Below are positions 1-9,081 of a stretch of 54,661 bases of DNA, piece after piece. The stretch's first letter is position 1. Each line of letters starts with the position of its first letter. The position numbers and the translations under genes are program-made. The notes under the pieces were generated by a model. It had not been told where the DNA came from, did no database searches, and was given only the letters and a program-made list of their open reading frames with translations. This DNA comes from an uncultured Clostridia bacterium (GTDB lineage: Bacteria; Bacillota; Clostridia; UBA1381): assembly GCA_937907325.1 (NCBI GenBank), contig CALERO010000036.1:1-54661 (forward strand), read 5' to 3'.

Positions 1-1
1 T

Positions 2-946
2 ATAAGCGACCTCGGAATGTTTGATATTATCCGCACAGCCGCTCCCGAACTGCCCGTTCATATCAGCACACAGGCGAACAACGTAAACTGGCGTTCGGCG
101 GCAATGTGGCACAAGCTTGGTGCAAAGCGTGTTGTTCTTGCACGTGAAATGTCGTTTGACGAGATACGTGAAATCCGCGAAAAAGCGCCAAAAGAACTGG
201 AACTTGAAGCGTTCGTTCACGGCGCAATGTGTATTTCCTATTCGGGACGGTGTCTTTTATCAAACTATCTGACAAACCGCGACGCCAATATGGGCGCCTG
301 CTCGCACCCGTGCCGTTGGAATTACTCGCTTGTTGAGGAAAAGCGCCCCGGACAGTATATGGACGTTTTTGAAAACGAGCGCGGCACATTTATCTTTAAT
401 TCTAAGGATTTGTGCACGATACGCCACATTCCCGAGCTTGTGAAAAGCGGAATATCAAGTTTCAAAATTGAGGGACGTGTTAAAACCCCGTACTATGTTG
501 CAACGGTTATCGGCGCATACAGGCGTGAAATAGACAGATATTTTGCCGACCCCGAAAATTACGTCTTTAACGAGGCTGAATTTGACGAGCTTTGCAAAGT
601 AAGCCACCGCCCGTACACTACGGGATTTTACTTCCAAAAGCCCGACGCATCGTCACAGGTTTACACGGACAGCTCATATATACGCGACTATGACCTTATT
701 GCCATGGTGGAGGATTACAACGAGTCGACGGGAATTGCGACAATATCACAGCGCAACAAATTCAGCGTCGGCGAAAAGATAGAGGTTATGCGCCCTATGC
801 AGCCGTTTTTTGAAATGATCGTAGACGCAATTACCGACACGGACGGCAACGCCATGCAGTCCGCACCGCACGCCGCACAAACGCTTTATATAAAGCTTCC
901 GCAGCCTGCCTGCCCCGGCTCTATGCTGCGCAGAAAAAAAGCATAA
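2..946 (+). CDS. Peptidase U32 family protein (collagenase-like); 5' end lies outside the window
   Basis: The reading frame is open from the window edge. Motifs HISTQANNVN, VVLAREMS and FVHGAMCISYSGRC are typical of the U32 (PrtC/YhbU-like) family. Confidence 0.8.
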   Translation: MSDLGMFDIIRTAAPELPVHISTQANNVNWRSAAMWHKLGAKRVVLAREMSFDEIREIREKAPKELELEAFVHGAMCISYSGRCLLSNYLTNRDANMGACSHPCRWNYSLVEEKRPGQYMDVFENERGTFIFNSKDLCTIRHIPELVKSGISSFKIEGRVKTPYYVATVIGAYRREIDRYFADPENYVFNEAEFDELCKVSHRPYTTGFYFQKPDASSQVYTDSSYIRDYDLIAMVEDYNESTGIATISQRNKFSVGEKIEVMRPMQPFFEMIVDAITDTDGNAMQSAPHAAQTLYIKLPQPACPGSMLRRKKA

Positions 947-955
947 AATTTACTA

Positions 956-984
956 TTGCATTAACATAAGTTTTATAGTATAAT
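956..984 (+). promoter_or_regulatory. Sigma-A type promoter upstream of the zinc-ribbon gene
   Basis: TTGCAT, a 17-nt spacer, then TATAAT, about 70 nt upstream of the ATG at 1054. Confidence 0.5.
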
Positions 985-1053
985 GTAAACATAAATATCG
1001 TAGAAATTACGTTTTCTTTGTGATAATCAGACTAAATGTAAAGGAGTACGTAT

Positions 1054-1914
1054 ATGTATTGCAAAAATTGCGGGCGGGAGCTGAAAAACGGAATGCGTTT
1101 CTGTGACCGCTGCGGTCAATCGGTCAGACAAGGCAAAAAGACCGAATCCGCCGCACGCCGTGAGGAGCTTGAGGCTTTGAAGGAGGAACGCCTTAACAGG
1201 CGCAAAAAGATAGCTGAGCTTGAAGCAAAAAAAGCCGAGAAAAAGAACAAACGGAAAGCCAATAAAAAGAAAAACAAAAAACTCATATACTTTATAGCAA
1301 TCATACTTTTGGCAGCGGTAAGCGCCATTATTACATATATTGCAGTGATGATAAACAGCAACAATGCGGCATGGAAAACACGTGACGGCGCAGAAGCGCT
1401 CAATTCCACCGCCGCACCGACAGTCGAGCCGTCAGATAAGGCAAGTAATACGCCTGTTCCCACCTCACTGCCCGTTGTCGGAGTTGAAACGGAGAACACC
1501 GACCCGATAAATGCAGACGGATATCGTGTATTCACAGTTTCAAACACCCTGTCATGCCCATATCCCACGGTGTTTTCAAAAAAACAGCCTGACGGCGATA
1601 CGGTTTTAAGCCTGTTTGACAATGTGGGCGGTGCATCAATGCAAATTGCATACGAAAAAAGCTCTTCAAGCGCACAGCCGTCGGAGCTTTTGAAGGAATA
1701 TGCGCAGAACACGCCCGGAACGGTGCTGTATTCTCTTGCGGGAAACAACTGGTTTGGCGTGACCACGTCAAAAAATGATATAATTACGCACCGCAAATAT
1801 CTTATACTGGACGGAAAATCAATTTATTACAGTTTCCAATACGATAAAAATTCCGTTTCGGCAGGCGATTACGAAAAGTATATCGAATACATCGACAATG
1901 CGTTTACGCAATAA
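1054..1914 (+). CDS. Zinc-ribbon domain membrane protein (N-terminal CxxC-x10-CxxC, Lys-rich coil, one TM helix, extracytoplasmic domain)
   Basis: MYCKNCGRELKNGMRFCDRCG zinc ribbon. KKAEKKNKRKANKKKNKK is followed by the hydrophobic helix LIYFIAIILLAAVSAIITYIAVMI. RBS AAAGGAG lies upstream. Confidence 0.6.
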   Translation: MYCKNCGRELKNGMRFCDRCGQSVRQGKKTESAARREELEALKEERLNRRKKIAELEAKKAEKKNKRKANKKKNKKLIYFIAIILLAAVSAIITYIAVMINSNNAAWKTRDGAEALNSTAAPTVEPSDKASNTPVPTSLPVVGVETENTDPINADGYRVFTVSNTLSCPYPTVFSKKQPDGDTVLSLFDNVGGASMQIAYEKSSSSAQPSELLKEYAQNTPGTVLYSLAGNNWFGVTTSKNDIITHRKYLILDGKSIYYSFQYDKNSVSAGDYEKYIEYIDNAFTQ

Positions 1915-2131
1915 TTATTTTACATGCCATGGCGATAATCGTTATTATACACACCGCCAGGCACAGCTTTAATATTTTGTTTTTATAACGGTCGGAGCGT
2001 TTTACACTCCGATCGTTTTTCTTCATCTTTTCAAGATAATTATTTACTATCTTTTCCGCCTCGGCTATTGTGCTGTTTTCCGGCACCGAATTGTAATCCC
2101 TTTTACGCAACAAAAGCACTCCTTTCCGCAA
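1904..2131 (-). CDS. Hypothetical small tail-anchored membrane protein (weak call)
   Basis: 75-codon ORF with a C-terminal hydrophobic helix (LCLAVCIITIIAMACKIIIA). AAAGGAG is followed by in-frame TTG codons near 2110-2113, so the real start is probably internal. The ORF overlaps the convergent zinc-ribbon gene by 11 nt. Confidence 0.25.
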   Translation of the reverse strand: MRKGVLLLRKRDYNSVPENSTIAEAEKIVNNYLEKMKKNDRSVKRSDRYKNKILKLCLAVCIITIIAMACKIIIA

Positions 2132-2177
2132 TACGATTATATTTCTAATTATTTCCTCCCGTCATTAAATTTATACA

Positions 2178-2207
2178 GTCATATTTTTCAAGATGTGCGA
2201 ATATATT
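2178..2207 (+). promoter_or_regulatory. Possible sigma-E type (mother-cell) promoter for the deacetylase gene
   Basis: GTCATATT, 14 nt, then AATATATT resembles the B. subtilis SigE consensus (kmATATT, 14 nt, CATACAnT). The -10 match is only partial. Confidence 0.3.
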
Positions 2208-2244
2208 TTTAAGAGAGAATTTAATGGTTGAAACGGAGAAAAAT

Positions 2245-3000
2245 ATGAGAATTTTTGTATTTAAAATGCGGCATATAGTTACTGCAGCAGTATTTATCGC
2301 TATAGTTTTGGGAATATTTTCGTTTACAAGAACGGCGTCCGTATTTAATTCCAACGATCGGAAAATCCCGATTTACAATGTCGAACGAAACGATAATAAA
2401 ATCTCGCTTACGTTTGACTGCGCATGGAACGACAACGATATTGACGAGATACTGTCCGCACTTGAAGAATGTGATATAAAAGCGTCATTCTTTATGACGG
2501 GCAAATGGGCGCAGGATTATCCCGAAAGCGTAAAAAAGATTTACGAGCAGGGGCATGATATAGGAAACCATTCCTACAACCATGCCGATTACACAAAAAT
2601 GTCAAAAGCCGATATTATAAAGGATCTTGACAAATGTGACGCCGCCATAAAGGAGATCACTGGTCAGGCTCCCCTGCTTATGCGTGCGCCCTCGGGCGGA
2701 TACAACAACACCGTTATGACCGCCGCCGAGGACAGCGGCAGAACGTACATACAATGGTCGGTTGACGGTCTGGATTACACAACAGACGCAACGGAGCAAA
2801 GCATAAAAAAGCGTATTTCAAAAACCCAAAACGGTGATATTATACTTATGCACAACGGCACAAAACTGACCGCAAAGGTACTGCCGTCAATAATACAGGA
2901 TTTATCCGAAAGGTTTGAATTTGTAAAGGTTTCCGACTTGATTTATCCCGATAATTACACCGTAGACCATTCGGGAAAGCAAATTCCAAAAACGTCATAA
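2245..3000 (+). CDS. Polysaccharide deacetylase family protein (PdaB-like, N-terminal membrane anchor)
   Basis: LTFDCAWND, FFMTGKWA, HDIGNHSYNH and LMRAPSGGYN are NodB-homology motifs. The start was moved to the ATG at 2245, which follows the GGAG RBS. Confidence 0.8.
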   Translation: MRIFVFKMRHIVTAAVFIAIVLGIFSFTRTASVFNSNDRKIPIYNVERNDNKISLTFDCAWNDNDIDEILSALEECDIKASFFMTGKWAQDYPESVKKIYEQGHDIGNHSYNHADYTKMSKADIIKDLDKCDAAIKEITGQAPLLMRAPSGGYNNTVMTAAEDSGRTYIQWSVDGLDYTTDATEQSIKKRISKTQNGDIILMHNGTKLTAKVLPSIIQDLSERFEFVKVSDLIYPDNYTVDHSGKQIPKTS

Positions 3001-3001
3001 C

Positions 3002-3043
3002 AAAAAACTCCGTATTTCAAAAATTGAAATACGGAGTTTTTTT
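3002..3043. terminator. Bidirectional intrinsic terminator between convergent genes
   Basis: A-run, 13-bp stem CTCCGTATTTCAA/TTGAAATACGGAG with a 3-nt loop, then a T-run. Confidence 0.8.
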
Positions 3044-3064
3044 AGTCTGCCATATTGCTTATTT

Positions 3065-4612
3065 TTATTTCAACACAAAATATGATGCCGAGCAAGGCGG
3101 AACAATTATCTTGCCGTCACGGCAGACTGCTTTGCCGTTATACTCATACAAAACCTCGCCGAGTTCGCCGTCAAAATCACAGCTTTGCTCGTTATCGTTT
3201 GCATTTATCACAACAAGTATATCTCTGTCCTTGCCTTTTCTCTTGAATATACAAGGATATGTACTTTCCACTATATACACAAGCTCTATCTCGGCGTCAG
3301 ACTGCAATTCCTCGTTTGCCATTCGTATGCTGAGGAGCTTTTTAACCGTATTGTACAGCGAGTTCGGGTCTTTTTGCTGCGCCTCGACCGTCGGTCTGTT
3401 TTCGTCCGGGTCAATCATCATATACAGCTTATCCGAATCGGCAGTTGAAAAACCGCAGTTTTTACTGTTGTCCCACTGCATCGGACTTCTCGAACCCGTT
3501 CTTTCATATCCGCCCTCAATTGATTTTACATCAGCAAGGTACTTCATACCTATTTCATCGCCGTAATACACAAACGGTATTCCCGGCATTGCCATCAAAA
3601 ATGCATACGCAAGCTTTAGTTCGGTATCGTCAAGCAATCGTGAAATTCTCGGAGTATCATGGTTTCCCGTGATAACCGACATATAGCTTTTGCCGAAAAC
3701 CTCTTTATAGTGCGACATATAAATATCAAAGAAATCCTTGATACCCACCTGCGGAGTATGCGAGAAATACGGGCCGTCATTATCCCACACTCTGAACAGC
3801 TTGTAATAAAATCCGCAGAAATCCGTGTCAAATCCGCTTGCACTGCTCTTTGTCGGATCGCCCCATTCGGGAACAAACGCCGCCTCGGGATATTCCTTAT
3901 TTATAACGCCGAACACCTTCTGCCAAAATTTAATCGTTTCCGCCTTATCTTTATCGTTCTTTATTACCGCCGACGCCATATCGACACGGAAACCGTCACA
4001 GCCCATATCAAGCCAAAAGCGCATTATATTAATAAGCTCCTCCCTTGATTCACGTGCGTTTTCGGAATCAACGGTATCCTGCCAGTCTGCAGTCGGGTTT
4101 GCAATTCCGTAATTTATAGCCGGCTGAATTGAATAATAGCTTGTTCCGAAACAGCCGTCACGCTCCGACATACCACGCATTGAATTGACAACTCCGTCAA
4201 CCCCGTCAAATGTTATTTCGTGATTGGGCGTCCACAGAAATCTTCCGCTGTACTTGTTCTTTTCAGCCTTGCATGACTCCTTAAATTCCTTGCTCGTTAT
4301 AGCTGTATGACATGGTATAAGCACGGTAAATATATGCATACCACGCTTATGCACCTCGTCAAAAAGCCTTTTTGCGTCCGCATTTGTGCCGTATCTCGGC
4401 GCAATCGTATAGAAATCCTCCGCATCATAACCGGCGTCCATAAACGGCGAAAGATACATCGGGTGAACGAGAATTGCATTAAATCCCGTTTCCTTTATGT
4501 AGTCAAGCTTTTCTATAATTCCGTTTATATCGCCTATTCCGTCACCATTTATGTCCTTGAAACTCTGCGGATAAATTTCATAAAATGCTGCATTTTTTAA
4601 CCATTCTTTCAT
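3065..4612 (-). CDS. GH13 alpha-glucosidase / oligo-1,6-glucosidase-like glycoside hydrolase
   Basis: The N-terminus WLKNAAFYEIYPQSFKDINGDGIGDINGIIEKLDYI, plus GFRVDMA, VPEW and GNHD, match conserved regions of the alpha-amylase family. Confidence 0.85.
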   Translation of the reverse strand: MKEWLKNAAFYEIYPQSFKDINGDGIGDINGIIEKLDYIKETGFNAILVHPMYLSPFMDAGYDAEDFYTIAPRYGTNADAKRLFDEVHKRGMHIFTVLIPCHTAITSKEFKESCKAEKNKYSGRFLWTPNHEITFDGVDGVVNSMRGMSERDGCFGTSYYSIQPAINYGIANPTADWQDTVDSENARESREELINIMRFWLDMGCDGFRVDMASAVIKNDKDKAETIKFWQKVFGVINKEYPEAAFVPEWGDPTKSSASGFDTDFCGFYYKLFRVWDNDGPYFSHTPQVGIKDFFDIYMSHYKEVFGKSYMSVITGNHDTPRISRLLDDTELKLAYAFLMAMPGIPFVYYGDEIGMKYLADVKSIEGGYERTGSRSPMQWDNSKNCGFSTADSDKLYMMIDPDENRPTVEAQQKDPNSLYNTVKKLLSIRMANEELQSDAEIELVYIVESTYPCIFKRKGKDRDILVVINANDNEQSCDFDGELGEVLYEYNGKAVCRDGKIIVPPCSASYFVLK

Positions 4613-4629
4613 ATTCTGTCTCCTTATCT

Positions 4630-5655
4630 TTAAAGCACCGTGCCGCCTCCGACAACGGCATCTCCGTTGTAAAACACAACCGCCTGCCCCGATGTGACCG
4701 CTCTTTGCGGCACATCAAACACAAGCCTTGCTGTATCGTTTCCGCAAGGGTACACCGTTACGTCTGCCTTTTCCGCCTGATAGCGTATTTTTGCCGTAAG
4801 ACGTACAGGATTTTCCAAAGGCTTGCCGGAAATATAATTTACCTTTACCGCCGTAAGCTCCTTTGAAAATTCCATTCCCTTTTCACCGAGCGTTATCTCG
4901 TTTTTATCGGGATTGATGTTCATAACAAACATAGGTCTGCCGAAAGCGCCTATTCCCTTTCGCTGACCGATAGTGTAATGTATAAGTCCTTTATGCGTGC
5001 CGATAACGTTTCCGTTTACATCAAGCATATTTCCGCACACAGGCTTATAATCCGCATAACGGCAGATAAATTCTGCATAGTCGTTATCGGGTACAAAGCA
5101 TATTTCCTGACTGTCGGGCTTATTTGCCACAGGTATTTCGAGTTCTGACGCTATTTCCCTCACCTGTTCCTTGCAATACTCACCGAGCGGCATCAGCGTA
5201 TGCTCCAACACACGCTGTGTAAAATTATACAAAAAATAGCTCTGATCCTTCTTCGCCGCAGATGATGTGCGAAGCTCATACACTCCGTTATTATTTACAA
5301 TTTTTCCATAGTGTCCCGTTGCGATATAATTATAACCGTTGTCAAGCGCATAGTCAAGCATTTTTCCAAATTTTAAATATTTATTGCACATTATGCACGG
5401 GTTTGGCGTTCTTCCGTTGATATATTCGTTCACGAAATAGTCCACAACCCTTTTGCGGAACTCGTCACGGAAATCAATTATTATAAAATCTATCCCGATA
5501 TGCTCGCACACACGCTTTGCGTCCTCCGCCGCTTTTTCGGTATCGTTCCACAAAAGCATTGTCGCTCCCGTGACGTCATATCCCTGTTTTTTCAAAAGCG
5601 CCGCCGCAACGGAGCTGTCCACGCCGCCGGACATTCCTATAAGAACTTTCTTCAT
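4630..5655 (-). CDS. mnmA: tRNA 2-thiouridine(34) synthase MnmA
   Basis: PP-loop motif VLIGMSGGVDSSVAA, with NPCIMCN and the usual overall MnmA layout. The start was set at the ATG 1 nt after the SGNH stop codon, behind a GGAG RBS. Confidence 0.9.
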   Translation of the reverse strand: MKKVLIGMSGGVDSSVAAALLKKQGYDVTGATMLLWNDTEKAAEDAKRVCEHIGIDFIIIDFRDEFRKRVVDYFVNEYINGRTPNPCIMCNKYLKFGKMLDYALDNGYNYIATGHYGKIVNNNGVYELRTSSAAKKDQSYFLYNFTQRVLEHTLMPLGEYCKEQVREIASELEIPVANKPDSQEICFVPDNDYAEFICRYADYKPVCGNMLDVNGNVIGTHKGLIHYTIGQRKGIGAFGRPMFVMNINPDKNEITLGEKGMEFSKELTAVKVNYISGKPLENPVRLTAKIRYQAEKADVTVYPCGNDTARLVFDVPQRAVTSGQAVVFYNGDAVVGGGTVL

Positions 5656-5656
5656 A

Positions 5657-6316
5657 TTATTCTCCGCGGCTGTAGTCAAATCCGCAGTGCTTTAAAAATT
5701 CACGTGCCATAAGTGTTGCACCCACCTGGTTGGGGTGTACTCTGTCCCACGTAATGAATGATGAATGTCTTGTTTTGCAGTATTTTGCATACATAGACTG
5801 GAAATCGACAAATATACAGCCGTGCTTTTCCGCAAGTTTGCGGCAGATTTCGCCGTATTCGTCCATTCTTTTGCGCATTGCGTCCTCACGATTGGGTTCT
5901 ATGTAATATGGGGTAATGATAAATACGCCCTTTACCTTATTCTTTACCGATTTTATCATTTTTTCAAGATTTGCCTCATACTCATCGGGCATTACCTGAT
6001 AGTCGAACATTGCCGGAGTGTCAAACTGGCGCCAAACATCATTTATACCTATGCAAATTGATACCCAATCTGGTTTTAAATTAACGACGTCACGGTCAAA
6101 GCGTGCAAGCAAATCACGGCTTGTGTTTCCGCTCGTACCCGAATTGGTCACTCTTACTCTTACCTCGGGATAAAATGCCGCAAGCATATTATCAATAATT
6201 CTCACATAGCTTTTTCCGAGATTATCAAACAATCCCTCGCCCACAGGCTGTGCGCTTTCCATATCCGTTACCGAATCACCTGCAAATACTATTCTGTCAC
6301 CGTCTTGAAAAATCAT
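5657..6316 (-). CDS. SGNH/GDSL family hydrolase
   Basis: Block I IVFAGDSVTD, block II SGTSGNTS, block III GINDV and block V DRVHP. Confidence 0.8.
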   Translation of the reverse strand: MIFQDGDRIVFAGDSVTDMESAQPVGEGLFDNLGKSYVRIIDNMLAAFYPEVRVRVTNSGTSGNTSRDLLARFDRDVVNLKPDWVSICIGINDVWRQFDTPAMFDYQVMPDEYEANLEKMIKSVKNKVKGVFIITPYYIEPNREDAMRKRMDEYGEICRKLAEKHGCIFVDFQSMYAKYCKTRHSSFITWDRVHPNQVGATLMAREFLKHCGFDYSRGE

Positions 6317-6345
6317 TTTTATTTACCTCCGTTTTTTATATATGA

Positions 6346-6381
6346 CAAAAACGGAGTCGCCGCACTAAGCAACAACTCCGT
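6346..6381 (-). terminator. Intrinsic terminator after rplT
   Basis: On the minus strand, ACGGAGT, a 17-nt loop and ACTCCGT are followed by TTTTTG. See the finding on alternative pairing with the downstream RBS. Confidence 0.5.
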
Positions 6382-6392
6382 GTATAGGCTGA

Positions 6393-6746
6393 TTATCTTG
6401 CGTTTTTAGCTGTCTCAACCAATTTTGCAAATGCCGCAGGGTCTGCTATAGCAACCTCGCTGAGCACCTTTCTGTTCATTTCTATGCCGGCTTTCTTCAA
6501 ACCGTTCATAAATGTCGAATAATTCATACCGTTCATCTTAGCGGCTGCGCTTATTCTGGCAATCCAAAGACGTCTGAAATCTCTCTTCTTTCTCTTTCTG
6601 CCAACATACGCATTCTGCATTGAACGCATAACTGCCTGCCTTGCGACTCTGTACTGTCTGCTCTGAGCGCCGTAAAAGCCTTTAGCAAGCTTTAATATTT
6701 TCTTATGTCTTTTTCTGGTATTTAAAGCACCTTTAACTCTTGCCAT
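6393..6746 (-). CDS. rplT: 50S ribosomal protein L20
   Basis: [27 protein letters not shown] is the canonical L20 N-terminus. Confidence 0.97.
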   Translation of the reverse strand: MARVKGALNTRKRHKKILKLAKGFYGAQSRQYRVARQAVMRSMQNAYVGRKRKKRDFRRLWIARISAAAKMNGMNYSTFMNGLKKAGIEMNRKVLSEVAIADPAAFAKLVETAKNAR

Positions 6747-6768
6747 TGTTTTTCAACCTCTCTTTCGA

Positions 6769-6972
6769 TTATTTGTAAGGAATAAGCTTTTTGATTACTG
6801 CTGCATTAGCTTTTGCACAGTAAGCTTGCTTTCTTAAATGTCTCTTTCTCTTTGTTGTTTTCTTATTCAGAATGTGTCTTCTGAACGCTTTGTTCATCTT
6901 AACCTTACCGTTTTTAGTAAGATTGAATCTCTTGGCAGCGCCTCTGTGTGTTTTTATCTTAGTCTTAGCCAT
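6769..6972 (-). CDS. rpmI: 50S ribosomal protein L35
   Basis: [16 protein letters not shown] matches L35. The start was set at the ATG 8 nt after the AAGGAG RBS; the ORF-track GTG start is 9 nt upstream. Confidence 0.95.
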   Translation of the reverse strand: MAKTKIKTHRGAAKRFNLTKNGKVKMNKAFRRHILNKKTTKRKRHLRKQAYCAKANAAVIKKLIPYK

Positions 6973-7003
6973 AATGTCCACTCCTTCCGGTTTTTATATA
7001 CAA

Positions 7004-7516
7004 TTATGATAAAGGTGCGAGAAACATCAGCATATTTCTGCCCTCTAATTTAGCAGGTCTTTCTACAGTACCGGCCTCCTTGGTCTGCTCGGCAAATCTC
7101 TCCAGGAGAGTATACCCGATTTCAGAATGACTTACCTCACGTCCTCGGAAACGCACCATAACCTTTACCTTATCGCCGTTTTTCAAAAACTTGATTGCGT
7201 GTTTGCATTTTGTATTGAAGTCGTTCGTGTCAATCGAAGGTGAAAGCTGAACTTCTTTAATGTTGACCACCTTCTGATTTTTGCGGTTTTCTTTCTCACG
7301 CTTTGAAAGCTCAAACCGATACTTGCCGTAATCCATTATCTTGCACACAGGCGGCTTAGCCTGCGGAGCAATCTTTACCAGATCAAGTCCACGGTCATTT
7401 GCCAGCGCCTGCGCTTCAGCCGCACTCATAACGCCCAACTGACCGCCGTCCTCCGAAACAACACGGAGTTCGCTGTCACGAATTTGTTCATTCACCTGCA
7501 GGTCATTCTTACTAAT
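7004..7516 (-). CDS. infC: Translation initiation factor IF-3, predicted ATT start codon
   Basis: Homology begins at ISKNDLQVNEQIRDSELRVV. GGGAGGG, 7 nt, then ATT at 7516. The resulting 170 aa is the normal IF-3 length. Confidence 0.9.
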   Translation of the reverse strand: MSKNDLQVNEQIRDSELRVVSEDGGQLGVMSAAEAQALANDRGLDLVKIAPQAKPPVCKIMDYGKYRFELSKREKENRKNQKVVNIKEVQLSPSIDTNDFNTKCKHAIKFLKNGDKVKVMVRFRGREVSHSEIGYTLLERFAEQTKEAGTVERPAKLEGRNMLMFLAPLS

Positions 7517-7685
7517 TGTTAATCCCTCCCATAATTTATGCCCGTTTGCGGACATCAAGTTTACCTTACATTCCAATAAAAAAACGGATATTACTATCCG
7601 CACACAAATAAGCCTTAGCTTAATGTATTTACCGTAAAACACGAAAGCCGTACGGTGAGAACGGATAGTCCTGCTTGTTTTCTTA
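7517..7685 (-). promoter_or_regulatory. Probable L20-responsive leader of the infC-rpmI-rplT operon, with an attenuator hairpin
   Basis: The leader runs about 170 nt between a consensus promoter and infC. Hairpin CGGATA-GTAA-TATCCG followed by TTTTTTT lies at about 7577-7602. The position matches the Firmicute L20 leader, but no covariance model was run. Confidence 0.5.
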
Positions 7686-7691
7686 CTCAAA

Positions 7692-7721
7692 TATTATAAC
7701 AGCAATTGCCTTTGTTGTCAA
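7692..7721 (-). promoter_or_regulatory. Consensus sigma-A promoter of the infC operon
   Basis: On the minus strand: TTGACA, a 17-nt spacer, then TATAAT (perfect hexamers). Confidence 0.7.
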
Positions 7722-7785
7722 GTATTTTTTTTAATTTTTTTACGATGCGGACTAAAAAATCCGCACCGTAAAAATTTCTTCTAAA

Positions 7786-9081
7786 TTACGGCTCTACGGT
7801 TATTCTTCTGCAGAACACCGTTTTTCTTTTTACGCCGTTCTCGTCCGGGAAATAAAAGTCACAGTTAAATATAAGCGCACTGTTTTCATCAACAGTTATC
7901 AGTGTGCAGTTATTGCAGGCTCCGTCCCAATCATGAAAGGTTTTCGGCTCATTTTTCACATTTGCAAGATGCGAGCGGTCGCCCGGCGTCATAAGCTCAA
8001 TCGGCTCTGTCCATTTTGTGCTGTCATCATTCGGGCAAGCCGTTACAAACATTCCGGGGCGTGCGAAACATAAAAGAGTTACACCGCAGTCAAGTCTGCA
8101 AAGGCTCGGATAAACCCCCGTAAACGAAAACTCCTCGGGTGCGGACCATGTTTTTCCCATATCATATGACCTTGACATATACATAGGCGCCCACTCGATA
8201 CCCGTTGAGCCGTACCATGCGGAACGCATAAACCAGCACATCGAGCCGTCGTCAAAAAATGCGATTTCATTATCTGAAAAACCGCCGCTTAAATAAGGAT
8301 ATTTATTTCCGTCGGCGGGATATTCCATATGAGCGTACTGCTTAAAGGTATAGCCGTTATCTTCGGAGCGGAAAATCTCCGCCGAATAATACGGGCTATA
8401 CTGTTTCGTTTTCGGGTCGATATGTCCCTCGCCCGAAAAAGCGGTTATCCACACAGCACCGTCGGGACCGATTTTCGGCACGCCCGTCGGGAAAATACCT
8501 TTCATATACGGATTTTTGAAGGTATCGTCCGAAAATACCACTCGTGTGAGATACGGCCACTCAAGCTTGCAGTATTCCTCTCTGACCTCGCCGCTTGCGG
8601 TTTTCCTTATCATATACCACTTTTTCTCGCTTAAAGAGTCGGGAAGTCTGTCCGCATTATACGCACGGATAATATATCCGCAATGCGACGTCACGCCGTC
8701 CTGCTGAGGGAATGTCCCCTCCTCCGCTTTTTTTGAATAATCCGTTCCGGGAGTCAATTCGAGAAAGCTCGGAATTTTATAATCGCTCACATCTATTGCG
8801 GACACTCTCGGGAAAGTGATTGTATCGCCGTTGGGGAGTTTTAAGCCGCAGTCAGCAATAATATCGGGAGTGGTTTCCTGCCACGTTTCCCCCTTATCCC
8901 CGCTCACAAACCAAAGCTTGCCGTCACCGTAGGTTTTAATCGAGTCCTCGCCCACATGAACGGAAACCGCAATCTTATCACCCACCTTGTAAGGCGTCGG
9001 GAACTGATACGGTCCCCACATACCCTCCTCGGGGCGAATACCCCGCACAACTACTTTTTCGTCACCGACTTTAATTTTCAT
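7786..9081 (-). CDS. BNR/Asp-box repeat protein (sialidase-like beta-propeller), no signal peptide
   Basis: Three Asp-box motifs: SGDKGETW, SEDNGYTF and SYDMGKTW. The start overlaps the MFS gene stop by 11 nt. Confidence 0.65.
   Translation of the reverse strand: MKIKVGDEKVVVRGIRPEEGMWGPYQFPTPYKVGDKIAVSVHVGEDSIKTYGDGKLWFVSGDKGETWQETTPDIIADCGLKLPNGDTITFPRVSAIDVSDYKIPSFLELTPGTDYSKKAEEGTFPQQDGVTSHCGYIIRAYNADRLPDSLSEKKWYMIRKTASGEVREEYCKLEWPYLTRVVFSDDTFKNPYMKGIFPTGVPKIGPDGAVWITAFSGEGHIDPKTKQYSPYYSAEIFRSEDNGYTFKQYAHMEYPADGNKYPYLSGGFSDNEIAFFDDGSMCWFMRSAWYGSTGIEWAPMYMSRSYDMGKTWSAPEEFSFTGVYPSLCRLDCGVTLLCFARPGMFVTACPNDDSTKWTEPIELMTPGDRSHLANVKNEPKTFHDWDGACNNCTLITVDENSALIFNCDFYFPDENGVKRKTVFCRRITVEP

Noticed and set aside
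7517-7690. An N-terminal 58-codon extension of the infC ORF.
   Set aside because: The extension covers the promoter-proximal leader and its attenuator hairpin. It has no IF-3 homology, and the SD sits directly before the internal ATT.
7741-7770. The hairpin TACGATGCGGA-N8-TCCGCACCGTA after the BNR gene as an intrinsic terminator.
   Set aside because: On the transcribed minus strand it is followed by an A-run rather than a U-tract; the T-run and A-run only extend the stem. It may still pause or stabilise transcripts, but it was not called as a canonical terminator.
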